A program made the translations under genes and the position numbers. A DNA stretch of 64,000 bases from Chrysomallon squamiferum (taxonomy: Eukaryota; Animalia; Mollusca), in assembly GCA_012295275.1 (NCBI GenBank), contig CM022671.1:1488001-1552000 (forward strand), in the 5' to 3' direction. Positions 29,710 through 41,886 of the stretch are shown here, in pieces (positions within the stretch are counted from its first letter, which is position 1; each line of letters opens with the position of its first letter). Under the pieces are notes generated by a model. The model was given only the letters and a program-made list of their open reading frames with translations, searched no databases and was not told where the DNA came from.

Positions 29710-30265
29710 TGTGTACATATTTATATATGTACTTGTATGACTTTTCAATGTATATTATTACATAAAGCAGTAAATTAACTATTTTTAAACAAAATGTTTT
29801 TTTTAACGGCCTAATGAATTGTAAAGAAATGAAGTAATAAATATTTTAATAATAAGTTTATTATTTCTACATAATTGGTTTTGTTCACTACATTTAGCAT
29901 TTTTATAATAATAATAATATTATGATGATGATGGTTATGATGATGATGATGATGATGATGATAATAATAATAATAATATTTATTGTAATGATAATAAATT
30001 AATTACCTGTGATAAGCATGAAATAAAATTTGTTAAAAATAAATGCAAACACTTCTGTGATGAAAATTATTTATTTATTTATTTTTTTCAAAGAAAATAA
30101 ATGTTTTATTACACATTTGTAGGAGAATAATGTGTATCTATTACTAGTAATAGTATTAAAAGTTTGTTTACTCGTAAAACATATAATTTGTCTTTGTTAA
30201 ATATAAATTAATTTTGTTTATTTATTTATTTATTTGCTTGTTTGTTTGTTTGTTTGTTTGTTTGT

Positions 30266-30334
<69 letters not shown>

Positions 30335-31949
30335 GTTATTATTATTTCTATTATCAGTTTTATTTTACTTAATTTATGTACGTGTATGCATGTTTGCATC
30401 AGTGTGTTTGTACGTGTGTGTGTCTCTGAGGGGTGCATATTCTAAAACGTGTCTTCATTCAATATCGACTATTTATTTTATTTCGTTAAAAAGAACAATA
30501 AGGGACAGTTGTTTTATGTTTCTGGGTTAATTAAAAATTATTAATATTTCAATATGTTTTCTATAAATGCACAGAATTATATTAAAAATAAATTAAATTA
30601 TAATTTTACCTAATTGTGCAAGCAATACATATGGGTTTGTTCTATACACATTTTAATTATCATAGACTGTATTATATGAGAATATATTTTGAAATTATTT
30701 TGAAATTTCAAGTACTGATTATTCATGCAATTAATATGTTTTGTGAAAAAACACTAATGTCTATATATAAAAATAAAAAATAAGGAATAAAAATAAGAAA
30801 GAAGAAGAAGAAGAATTAAAAAAAAAAAAAAAGAAGAAGAAAAAAAAAAAAAAAAAAAAAAGATACAAAACCATGAATAACCTTATCTACCCATGAAATT
30901 TAATTAACTTTGCACTTATGTCAGAAATGAATAATGCATAAATAACGAATAAAAGTATTTTGCTAGTTAATTCTTTGTGCGTGCGTTTTCGAATGTGTAT
31001 ATAAACACATATCTCTCAGAGCTGAATAAAGACCGCTAATCAAAACGATTGTAACGTGCTTCCGCACTTGGAAACGTGCGTTTCAATCAAGGTGGAACGC
31101 TTCACGGGTGAGTGAACATAATGTGAACTAACGTAGAAGTTTCCGCGCCCAATTAAAGCGTCGTACAAAACAGCGATTGTTGCCGTTGTTGCGACGCATC
31201 GCGACTCTGTTTAATATTTAACAACGTCGCCATCCAGCTACTTGAGATTAACTGCGAAGATTCTCTTGTTGACTTCTAATTAAATCATATCTTGTAGCTG
31301 CTTTTTTATTTAAAAATGTATTTTTTTTTTATTGTATTATTATTATTATTTTTGCAAGAGATAATAAGTATTATTTTTATAATTAAATTGTTTGAAGTAA
31401 ATAAGTTAATTGAATGTGTATATGTATATATATATCCATGTATTTATGTGTGTTTGTTCGTGCGTGTGTACAAATATGTTTCTGTCCGTGTGTTTATGTA
31501 TGAACGGTTACAGTTATCTGTCTGTCTGTCTGTCTGAATGTGTGTACAAGTGATGGGATAAATGGACAGAAAAGAAAAAGGAAACTAAACACTGACAGTT
31601 AGATTCAGTGAATATAATACTTTATATACAACTATTTATTAATATTTATGGATATTTATAGATTTATACTTTGTATGTCTGTTTAGCGAAACAGCAAGGC
31701 TCGAAATTTTATCTCAAAACAGAAATCAGGATGAATTCAAAAGTGGTGTAATTGTTACAAAATTTAATAATTCGATTTCTCTGGACGAACCTTTTTAACT
31801 TTTGATACGCTTCGCAGTTAATTAGAGGCGACATTTTATCGAATTTGCGCTGATAAAAAATTAATTTTCCAATGATAGTCAACACCTAAAGGCGCAAACT
31901 TCGACAAAGAGAACACGTCAATCGGGCCCCAGTCCCTTGTCATATTTCC

Positions 31950-32280
31950 CAACAAACGCTTTCAAAACATCGCATCTCCCTTCGCGTTAACCAGTCGTCA
32001 AACCACGCCCAGTCCGTCGCATTGTGCCCGCCCACCGCATCGCAGATTGACAGCTCGTTTTAACGACTACGCGCTTCGCCACTGGAAGGCTTTTCACTTA
32101 GCCGGGGACTGGAAATATTGCCCTCTTTGATTGGTCAATTGGCAAACAATATTGATCATTTGGTGACGTGCGGAAGTTGACTAGCTGTTGACCTATCGCC
32201 AACAAGGCGACGCAAGGTGGGCAAGGCCAGCGCTGGAAATGACGACATTTATATAAATCTTTGAAAAGTGACAGCAATAG
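31950..32280 (+). promoter_or_regulatory. Probable fezf core/proximal promoter
   Basis: CpG-rich patch with GC boxes (CCACGCCC 32003-32010, GCCCGCCC 32026-32033), AGATTGACAG 32044-32053, two inverted CCAAT boxes (ATTGG 32130, 32138), AACAAT 32145, TGACGT 32164 and TATATAAA 32250-32257, followed about 230 nt later by a splice donor. Confidence 0.65.
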
Positions 32281-32483
32281 CAAGGTCTTCTGTTCGCCTC
32301 ACTACATGTTTTTTTTTCTTCTCTTTGCATCTCTCTGTGTATATTGTGTTTCTTGTGTTTGTTAACACAAAAGTTGAGCAGTGAACGCCTCTGATTTGAA
32401 TCTGATGCAGTGACTCTTTATCAGTTTTGTTCACAGGACTTTAATATCGGTGCTATTCACTTCGTCAACAGATTCGATATAAG
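32280..32483 (+). other. Probable non-coding first exon (5' UTR) of fezf
   Basis: Begins about 30 nt after the TATA element (TSS inferred) and ends at AAG|GTAATA (32483/32484). It matches a strong acceptor (T)n-CAG at 34727, 61 nt before the ATG. Confidence 0.55.
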
Positions 32484-32933
32484 GTAATACTTTGTTTTTA
32501 TTTTTTAAATTTTATTATTCTTTGTTATTCGACATAGAAAAAAAAATGTATATGTTTAAATTAACGAAAGATCAGTAATATTTCATCTAATTAATTTTTG
32601 TTATGCCGAAAATCAAAATTTTTAAAAGAAAGTCATTTTTTTTTCTCTTATATTATACATGGAATTTAAAATATATATTTTTATATAAGATTTACTGTAT
32701 TACATTTTAATGTTACTATCCACTAGATTTATTTTAAATAAAATAATAATTTTAATATAATATTTTTAAAAGACAAGAAAAAAGAAATTACTTTGTATGG
32801 TATTTGTTATAAATTTATAAATTAGAAGATTTATTTTAATTTTATAAAACTTCTTGTCAGTTGCACGGCCTCATTTTAATAGTTTTTATTAGTATGAAGA
32901 AATGACTGAAATATTCTATGAAAAAACATCTAA

Positions 32934-33002
32934 ACATTAATATTTTAACAATTTCCACATTAATATTTTAACAATTTCCACATTAATATTATAACAATTT
33001 TC
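32934..33002. repeat. 23-bp tandem repeat x3 (ACATTAATATTTTAACAATTTCC)
   Basis: Two exact copies and one copy with two substitutions. Confidence 0.9.
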
Positions 33003-33385
33003 ATCTTATACAAAATATAATTATTAAAATATTTGTCACACATTAAACTGAATTTTCTACATCAAGTGAATAAAATTTAATATTTTACTTTGTAGTTCTT
33101 GCACTGTTTAATGTGTTCTAAAATTTGTGTTGGTAAAAACCATTTCATGTTACTGCTAGGCATACATTTTATTAACTTATTTTTCCAAACGTAATAAATT
33201 AATATGTTATTCCTTCGGGTAACATGAAAACCAAACACCCATTTCAGTAATAATACACGTATTTACATAATTCATTATGCCATGTGGGAAAACAATCTAT
33301 ACATATGTCTGAATAATTTTTATGATTTATTTAGCTTAACGCTATTTTATCATTATCATTATTAATTTGTTTATTTAATATATAT

Positions 33386-33770
33386 CACTGTAATCCTGTT
33401 ATTCGATAAATAATATCAGTAGTTTATCGGCATTTTTATTTTATATATTTAAAAATATATATAACTATAATCCTGATATGCCAAAAATAATATTATTTTA
33501 ACTAACTTACCGGTATTTGTATTTTATTTATTTAAAATAATACATGAGTACAATCCATTTAAACAAAAAATAATATTACTGTAATATCTGGTTTTAAAGG
33601 TGGTTTTATTTTATTTTATTTATTTGATAAAATCATAGACTATAATTCAGTTATACTAAAAATAATATTATTATTACTATAACTAGATTGACGGTATTTT
33701 CTATATATATACGATTATAATTCATAGTTAATTTTATTGTAATAAACCATTTAGCGGTGTCATTTTAATA
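33386..33770. repeat. Degenerate ~75-90 bp tandem repeat, about 5 units, inside the 5' UTR intron
   Basis: Units start ACT(A/G)TAATCC/TATAATTC, followed by AAAAATAATATTA and (C/A)GGT(A/G)TTT then T-rich runs, at about 33387, 33464, 33549, 33638 and 33714. Confidence 0.55.
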
Positions 33771-34089
33771 TACCGAATAATATACACAGTTATACGAAGA
33801 ATGTTATCAACGTATTTACGAATCTTTATTTGTATTGATTAAAAATGCGGTTAAAAATAAATAATAACATAATAATATTAACTGACACAAGTATACAGGC
33901 CATTGCGTTTGAGATATGAGAGACTGAAAAACAGTTTAAAAAACCGTTAGGATTTATTATATATGCTGGATAGATAGTTACAACAAATAAATGAGAATTT
34001 GCTAAATTATATGCTTAGCTATGTACAAAATAATTTTAGACAAACTGATAATGTTTTAAAATTTATTATTATTAATATTAATATTGTGT

Positions 34090-34137
<48 letters not shown>

Positions 34138-34788
34138 AAAATAAAATTATGGTACAGATCAAATGTTCTATATACACATTTTTTATAGCTCTTGTAAAAA
34201 TGTTTTATTTTTTTACTGTATATCAAATGGTTCAAGAGTTTAAATAAAACACATTTATATACAGAAGAAGAAAAAAATAATAATAAAGTAATTTTCCCAA
34301 AGCTCATGTATAATATAATTTGTTTATTACATATAATTCCAAATTAAATGTAAATATTTCAGTGTAATTCTTAAGTTCGTCTAGTAGCATAGAAAGAAAC
34401 ATTCTAAAAAAAATTCATCTTTTTAGTAATAATTTGATATAAAGAATAATGATTTAAAGATTTATTATTTATCACTCATATCAATGAGAAACACAATATA
34501 AATGTTTAAAGAATAGTTTTATTTTTTTTATTATTATTATAAATACAATAACAAAATGGAAGCTATTTTTAAATATATACACACTTAAACACACATATAC
34601 ATAACAATACACACAGCTATATATTTCAGATACGTATGTTAAAATATAAATATATATATAACATACATTTACGATTAATATAATCTAAATATATTTAATA
34701 AATACTTTATTATTTTTTTTTTTTCAGCAAAAAAACAAAAACAAAAACAAAAACAATAAATAAAACCTAATCACAACACCAAAGCAAT

Positions 34789-35834
34789 ATGGAGACAGAC
34801 TCTCGTGATGAAGTTTTGTCAGAAAACATTTCGAAACCTAAACTGGCTTTCTCCATCGACAAAATCATGGAGCCAACACCGAAAAAGAACAAAGTCTGTG
34901 AACAGATACGACAAAACAACGTCATCCAACCCGTCAAAGTGTCTCCGAGGAAAGTGAACGTCGGCGGTGCGGACGTGAACTCGTTTCTGCCGTATCAGGC
35001 ACTGTTCTCGTCCTACCAGCAAGCAGCTTACAGCGGACTTCTGGGGGAGTGCGAGAGAAGGGGCGCGGTGCTAAATGTCCCAGGAGCTCGGGACCACCCT
35101 GCAATCTTCCCATACGTCCACCCCATGTTCTCCCTGGCCAGGAATCAGTACGAAGACTACCAGGCTCAGATTTTAAGGAACTATTCGCTGCTCCACCAGA
35201 GCGCGTTTCTGCCCAGCAAAGATCGCCTGTTTTCAAATTTAGAACTTCTCAAGTGTTCTGGAGGACTTACGTCGTCGCAGTCGTTGTCGCAGCATGTTAA
35301 ACCTTTGTCAGTTAGAAATGGGTTTCACAACCACCAGCAGCAGCACCAGTCACAACCACAACAGCACCAGCAACAACAGTCACATTTACGAGAAAAGGTG
35401 ACTGACGTTAATATAAAGAGTGACGTTACAAAACAAGATGGAGATTCGTTTTCAGAAAACCGAGACAAAAATAACATTCTCGATCCGGTGGCGTCGTCAA
35501 AAGACGCCAACGCCAACGACATTGAGAGGGAAGCAAGTGAAAATAACAACACCACCACCACAACAACAACAACGGTAATAGCAATAATAACAATAATATT
35601 CACATGAACAATAACGAGCTGTTTAAGAACAAAAAGACACAAAACAAGACGCAGAAGACGTTCACGTGTCCTGACTGCGGCAAAGTGTTCAACGCACACT
35701 ACAACCTCACTCGTCACATGCCTGTCCACACAGGCGCGCGTCCGTTCATCTGCAAGATGTGTGGGAAGGGCTTCAGACAGGCCAGTACTCTGTGTCGTCA
35801 CAAGATCATTCACACGTCAGAAAAACCACACAAG
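34789..35834 (+). CDS. fezf: Fez family zinc-finger protein, first coding exon (eh1 motif, Q/H/N-rich linker, zinc fingers 1-2 and start of finger 3); contains an apparent 1-nt frame break near 35550
   Basis: ATG 34789 opens METDSRDE...[10 protein letters not shown] (eh1 repressor motif). The zinc-finger frame (ORF 35604) reads [58 protein letters not shown], the characteristic Fez/Fezf/Erm fingers. It ends at the donor AAG|GTGAGT (35834/35835), phase 0. The two halves are in different frames (35604-34789=815). Confidence 0.93.
34843..34869 (+). other. eh1 (Groucho/TLE-binding) motif coding segment LAFSIDKIM
   Basis: Matches the FSIxxIM/L eh1 consensus at the N-terminal position typical of Fez-family proteins. 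Confidence 0.9.
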
Positions 35835-35865
35835 GTGAGTGTCGCTGTTTTATTTATTTATTTGT

Positions 35866-35896
<31 letters not shown>

Positions 35897-37522
35897 TTTG
35901 CTTGTTTGTTTGTTTGTTTATTTCTTCTCCCTTTCATTCTTTACTTATTCATTTGTTTGGTTTCTTGTGTGTTAAGTTGTGTGTGTTCAGGGTTTTTTTG
36001 TGTTTGTTTTTTTTTCGTATTTATTTATTTTATTTTACTTTGTTTTAATTTAATTTTATTTACTTTTTAAATAATTTTATTGTTGTTATTGTTTGTACGT
36101 TTGCCTATTTATTTATTTATTTATTTATTGTAGATATAAAACTTTCTGTTTACAAAAAAAATAAAATAAATATAATTAGAAATAAATATCGAAATAAAAT
36201 ATAATCAAATCAATAAAAAATATTAAATAAAAATTTCTTTTTACGCATCACCAAACGTGTCAACATGTTTATTTGTTTGTTTGTTTGTTTGTTGTTTACT
36301 TATTTATTTATTTATTTTTATTTGTTTATTTGTTTGTTTATTTCTTAAACTGTATTGTATTTTATATTAAAAAAATATTATTAAGAATTCGATATTTTCT
36401 TCTATTATTTAATATTTTATCCTTTCCTCTTTCTTTCTTTTCTTATTTCTTATTTATGTATTTGCTTCCTTCTTTCGTTTTTCTTTCATTCATTACAGTT
36501 CAGAGCTCCATTGTTAGGCAAAACTTTGTACATGTTTGAAAAAGTAAAAATAAATTAAATCAATAGATTTATGGGTTTTTTTGTTCTTGATTTTCTATCG
36601 TTTATTTTCTTCTTTTTTAAAGTCATTAGACTCAAACTGAGAACTGTTTTATTTTTTTTTTTTTATATTTTCTTTCTTCCTTTTCTTTTTATTTTCATTT
36701 TCTGCTTTTGTTTTCTCTTTTTACTTTTTTCACTTGTCTTTTCTTTTACTTATTCTCTTTATAGAAAAATATTTTAGTTTAATAAATATGTAATCTTTTC
36801 TCGTTTTTTATTTTTTCCATCTTTCTTATCTTATTTATTATTTTTCTTTCATTCATTCATTCATTCATTCATTCATTCATTCATTCATTTATACCATTCT
36901 TTCACTTTTTTATTACTAAGGTTATTTTTCCTTTCCCTATTTATGAAGTATTTATCTGTCTGTCTATCTATTTACTTATTTGCTTATTTATTTATTCCAT
37001 TCTTTCATTTTTATTGCATATTTATCCCTCAGTTTTACTTTTTCTCCATGACTCTGATACTTTGCTAATTTAATATTAAAATACTCCATCATTCCAGGCT
37101 CTCTGAACCCATTATGTTTGATTTCACAGAACAAAAACCAATCGAACACGATTTAATAACGAAATTGATTTGCTAATTTCTGAGTGTCCTTTGCCATATG
37201 TTTTTGTAACCTGATAGTTTGTGTAACGTTGTTATTAACGTCATCATTATTGCTGTTGTTGTTGTTGCTGCTGCTGCTGCTGCTTCCGTTGCTGCAGTTG
37301 TTGTTGTTATTGTTGAACTGATTTTCTAAGTGTCTGAAGTTTTAATTAAATTTAAAAAAAAATTAGTATATAAAGGTAATTTTTTTTTATGTATAAGATT
37401 ATTTATACAATGCAAAAGTAAACAATTGAAAAGTGAAGAAAAAAATACATGGAAAAAGAGGAGTAAAATGAGGGACAAAATCAATAATAGGAAGATAAAA
37501 AAAATAACAACCAATGATAATT

Positions 37523-37594
<72 letters not shown>

Positions 37595-38361
37595 GTAGTA
37601 ATAATAATAATAGCATAATAACAGCAATAATAACAACTATAATAATAATAGCAACAACAACACTAATACAAATTATTCTTTTTGTTATTATTATTGTTGT
37701 TGTTATTTTTTTCTTGTTGGTGTTGTTTTTGTTGTTGTTGATTGATTAATTGATTTTTCATACATTTTCATTTTGTTTACTTACTAGAGCTATTATTACT
37801 GCCACTATTACTACTATCAGTGTTAATACTATTACAGTAACTGACAGTAATAAACACCAACAATAATAACGATAACAACAACAACAATAATAACACAACA
37901 GCAATAACAGTAATAACAGTAACAACAAAAATTATATTGTTTAAAAAACACTGGATTAAAATTTCTGAATGAAAATACTTACAACTAATAAAAAAATCTT
38001 TAATGAAATAATATTATTATAAATTTATATTTATTGAAAATACTTCAGAAATTGTTACGGCATGTCGGGATGGTAATAAATTGATTTTTTTGTTTTTTTT
38101 TTGTCTCTGTGTCTGATTGTCTGTACGTTGTTTTAAAATTGACTTTTATATATACAGAAAAATCGTTTACAAACCATCATGGTATAAATAAAAGAATAAA
38201 GATACTAAGAAAATAACAAATAGATGTAAACAAGTAAACAAATAAGCAAGCAAATAAACAAATAAACAGGAATTTACTAATAATATGTTTTATGGTAACA
38301 GGAAAAACAATAGCACGTGTAAGAATGTAAACAACAACAGAGCAACAACAATAATAACAAA

Positions 38362-38396
<35 letters not shown>

Positions 38397-39312
38397 TAAT
38401 AATAACAATCATTATCATAATCATAATGATGATGATTATTCTGAAGATGATGATGGTTATGATTATTTTAAATACTACATATCAGTAATGAAGTAAAATT
38501 AAAGTTATTTCTAAATATTATAGAATAATTTTATAAATTATTAAAATCTACCTAACTTCATAAGACTTATATACGTCTACAGATTAGGCTCACAGTATTT
38601 CATTTTATTTTCCTTTTGTCTGCTGTCCATCTGTCCATATTGATTTTAGACAGTCTTCAGTAATTTCACTCACGCGTTTTGGTCATTCTTTAAATACATT
38701 TTACATGTACGCAGTAATTATAGAACTATAACTCATAAAATACATTTGTTTATTTTTTTATGACTGTATTTAAATATGAAGTTGGTAATAATTATAACTA
38801 ATAACCTTTTTTTAATGTATTTCTATTCTTTACTAACAATAAAGCTGTCATTTTCTTTTATTTTGTGATGTCGTTTCTTACAAACATGTAAAAAAAAAAT
38901 TAAATATAATGCTACTTTTATTTGTTTCTTTATCACAGCAAGAAAGATAAATGATTAATAAATTTTGTGTGGGGGTTACTGTTTTATTTTAAATCTCTGT
39001 TTATAAATGACTTTAGGAATAAGGTAAAATGAGAATCTCCATATATCCATATAGAGTTAATATATTATTGTCATAATTACTTTATTATTATGAAAGCTTG
39101 AGAAACAAATAAAACATTTTCAAAAATGATGTAGACAAACCGTTCTTACAGGTAAAAGATACAATGACATTAGATAAAACATATCACGTATATTATAGTA
39201 TTATTAACTGTGTTTACTATATTTATTTCTGTATTTACAACTGTTATAATTTAACAATTCCCATACAAACATGAAACAACTCTTAACTTTATATATTATT
39301 TTATTTTTCCAG
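35835..39312 (+). other. fezf intron (phase 0, at the start of zinc finger 3), 3478 nt
   Basis: GTGAGT donor and TTTTTCCAG acceptor; joining restores the HK|C finger sequence. Confidence 0.93.
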
Positions 39313-39876
39313 TGTTCTACGTGCGGCAAGGCATTCAACCGAAGCTCGACGCTGAACACGCACATGAGAATCCACCAGGGCTACAAACCCTTCATCTGCG
39401 AGTTCTGCGGCAAGGGCTTCCACCAGAAGGGCAACTACAAGAACCACAAGCTCACGCACAGCTCGGAGAAGCAGTACAAGTGCTCCATCTGCAACAAGGC
39501 GTTCCACCAGATCTACAACCTCACGTTCCACATGCACACGCACAACGACAAGAAACCCTTCACGTGCCCCGTCTGCGGGAAGGGCTTCTGCCGGAACTTC
39601 GACCTCAAGAAACACATGCGCAAGCTTCACGACGGCTCTTCCATGCCGTCTCCCACGCCGCAAATGTCGCCGTTGTCGCCGAACGGGAACCCGTCGCTGG
39701 GCAGTCCGCTTGGCCTCATGTCGCCTTCAGGTCATCCGAGTCCGCATTCGGCGTTTCTCACCCGGCCCGCGCTCTTTGCCCAGACTGCACTCGGATGTCA
39801 AAGGAGTATGTTGAACCCTTACATGTTAGGAGCTAATGCAGCCTCCTTGTTACACAAAATATCTTCTATTATCTAG
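39313..39876 (+). CDS. fezf: Fez family zinc-finger protein, last coding exon (zinc fingers 3-6 and S/P-rich C-terminus)
   Basis: Acceptor TTATTTTTCCAG|TGT at 39312/39313 joins in phase to ...EKPHK, giving [106 protein letters not shown]. Stop TAG at 39874-39876. With one base restored in the upstream exon the protein would be about 536 aa. Confidence 0.97.
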   Translation, partial: CSTCGKAFNRSSTLNTHMRIHQGYKPFICEFCGKGFHQKGNYKNHKLTHSSEKQYKCSICNKAFHQIYNLTFHMHTHNDKKPFTCPVCGKGFCRNFDLKKHMRKLHDGSSMPSPTPQMSPLSPNGNPSLGSPLGLMSPSGHPSPHSAFLTRPALFAQTALGCQRSMLNPYMLGANAASLLHKISSII

Positions 39877-39902
39877 AGACTTTATTTAGCTGTTGTTGTT
39901 GC

Positions 39903-39907
39903 TATTA

Positions 39908-39991
<84 letters not shown>

Positions 39992-40066
39992 GTTCTTATT
40001 TCTTTAATTATTCTTACCTTTATTATTATTATTATTATTATTCTTATTGTCATGATGATGATGATG

Positions 40067-40105
<39 letters not shown>

Positions 40106-40150
40106 TTTGTCATGATGATATGATGATTATTATTATTATATATATTATTA
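39903..40150. repeat. (ATT)n/(ATG)n microsatellite at the start of the fezf 3' UTR
   Basis: Starts within about 30 nt of the stop codon. Confidence 0.92.
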
Positions 40151-41782
40151 TTTTTACTTTAGCTATTTATATATGACTATTTTCCTTTTACATTCCTTGT
40201 TTTACGTGTGAAGTGTTGGACAATATTTATCAATCCATAGACATTAGTTTGTTTTTGTGATATTTTCATTACAGTTTTCCAGAGCTGAGGTTTTCAGCTG
40301 ACATTTTGTTCTGTACTCGTTGTGAGTAGTTTGTTTATTTATGTTGAAAGAAAGGATAAATTTGTAAAAAGAAAATAATAATAATAATATATTCATTTTG
40401 TTGTGTTGTTATTTTTATGTTTGTAATTAATGATCGTATTTCACTTTCATTGTAAACGAAGTTACGAATTAAAAATGCAGAGTTTCTTAGAACAAATTTC
40501 TAAGATCTAAGATTTATTAAATAAATAAATAAATAAAGAGTGATAATAATCTAAATCACAAAAATCTTAACATTTTAGGCTTTAAAAAAAAAATACATTC
40601 AACTTTTACTTTCTAGATTAAAAAGGAAAGAAAAGTCATTAATTTACTTTTATTACTTAAAAAAAAAAAAAAAAAAAAAAAAAAACAGCAAGAAATTTCC
40701 TAGAAAAGAACAGAATGGAAATTTATTTGTACTGTTTTTGTGTGTGCCATATTTTTCTGAATTAATTCTAAGATCAACAAAGCTGCAATTGTTTTTAAAT
40801 TGCCTCGTGCAGGTCACGTGCTCATCTGTTTGATTAAACGAGGGTCGTAAAAAAAAAAAAAAAAAAAAAAAATGTGTCTGACTTAACGAGAAATCGATTT
40901 TAGTTTCTTTTTTTTCTTTTCTTTATTATTTTTTCTGTTCGCGACCTTTATTTCTCTAATATTTTAGCCTTTATTTATGCGCGTGTACAAGTATGCGTGC
41001 ATTTTGTCTTTTTCACTGATTTTATTGTTTTATTTTTTTTCCTCAGACATGTATGCATGCTTTGTGTGTGTTTGTGGATGTATATGTAGTGCACATTTAG
41101 TTTCGCTCTAAATTTTTTTTTTTTTCGTTTTTTCTTTCTTTTTTTTTTTTAATTATTACGTTTCCTTATTTGATATGGCTGTTAACAGTGCGTGCATGTG
41201 TATGTGGGTATGTCGTTTTGTCCGTCTGTCTGTCTGTTTTGTGCGTGTGCTTTCGCAATAAAAACAATTTAATATTCAATATTTTTTTTACTTCTCCTTT
41301 TTAATTACAAAAAGATAATAACAATTAAAAAAAATAAAAAAATAAAAAAATAAAAAAATAATAAAGTTTATAATTAATTTCGACAGTGTGAACCCCGGGT
41401 AGAATTTCCCGTCAAAAGACAGTCCATTGCCAGACATATGTCAGTAGTTTGTGACCAGATGGTTTTCGCGTTCGGGTTAGATTGGAAGATGGCGAATAAT
41501 CGCTGATTAATTTTCATTATCTTCCACGCGCTTGTTGGCGCGCTAGGGTGTCACGTGTTTGTTTTGCCGCCAGTGGCCGTCCCTCGCGCGTGCAGCAGAC
41601 GAACTTTCCCCGTACGATTCGTATAAAAATGGTAATCGGCGTGGACAGGGATTTTAATTTTAACAAATGATTTGTACACAAAACTAATCGCTTTAAAGGT
41701 CCCCGGGTTACTGTTTCAGTTAGTGGGAGTTAATAGTGTCTCTGAGTAGCAAACGACAGGTTATAAGTGTAAGTTTTATTTC

Positions 41783-41886
<104 letters not shown>

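Larger units (their letters stand above)
32484..34727 (+). other. Probable 5' UTR intron of fezf
   Basis: GTAATA donor; extremely AT-rich interior; TTTTTTTTTTTTCAG acceptor ending 34727. The acceptor is well supported, the donor pairing is inferred. Confidence 0.55.

Noticed and set aside
35325-35813. Antisense ORF of 162 aa (also 34819-35022, 34934-35236 and 39301-39663)
   Set aside because: Shadow ORFs of the fezf exons caused by codon bias; no independent features.
35835-35975. Hydrophobic extension [11 protein letters not shown]... of the 35604 ORF, and the [14 protein letters not shown] leader of the 39271 ORF
   Set aside because: Intronic read-through beyond clear splice sites; (ATTT)n repeat and polypyrimidine tract.
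39312-39836. 174-aa +1 frame ORF overlapping the zinc-finger exon
   Set aside because: Starts at a GTG spanning the splice acceptor; explained by C/G-ending codons; no recognisable protein.
34789-39876. Calling fezf a pseudogene
   Set aside because: Only one lesion, in an error-prone repeat; eh1, all six fingers, splice sites and promoter elements appear intact.
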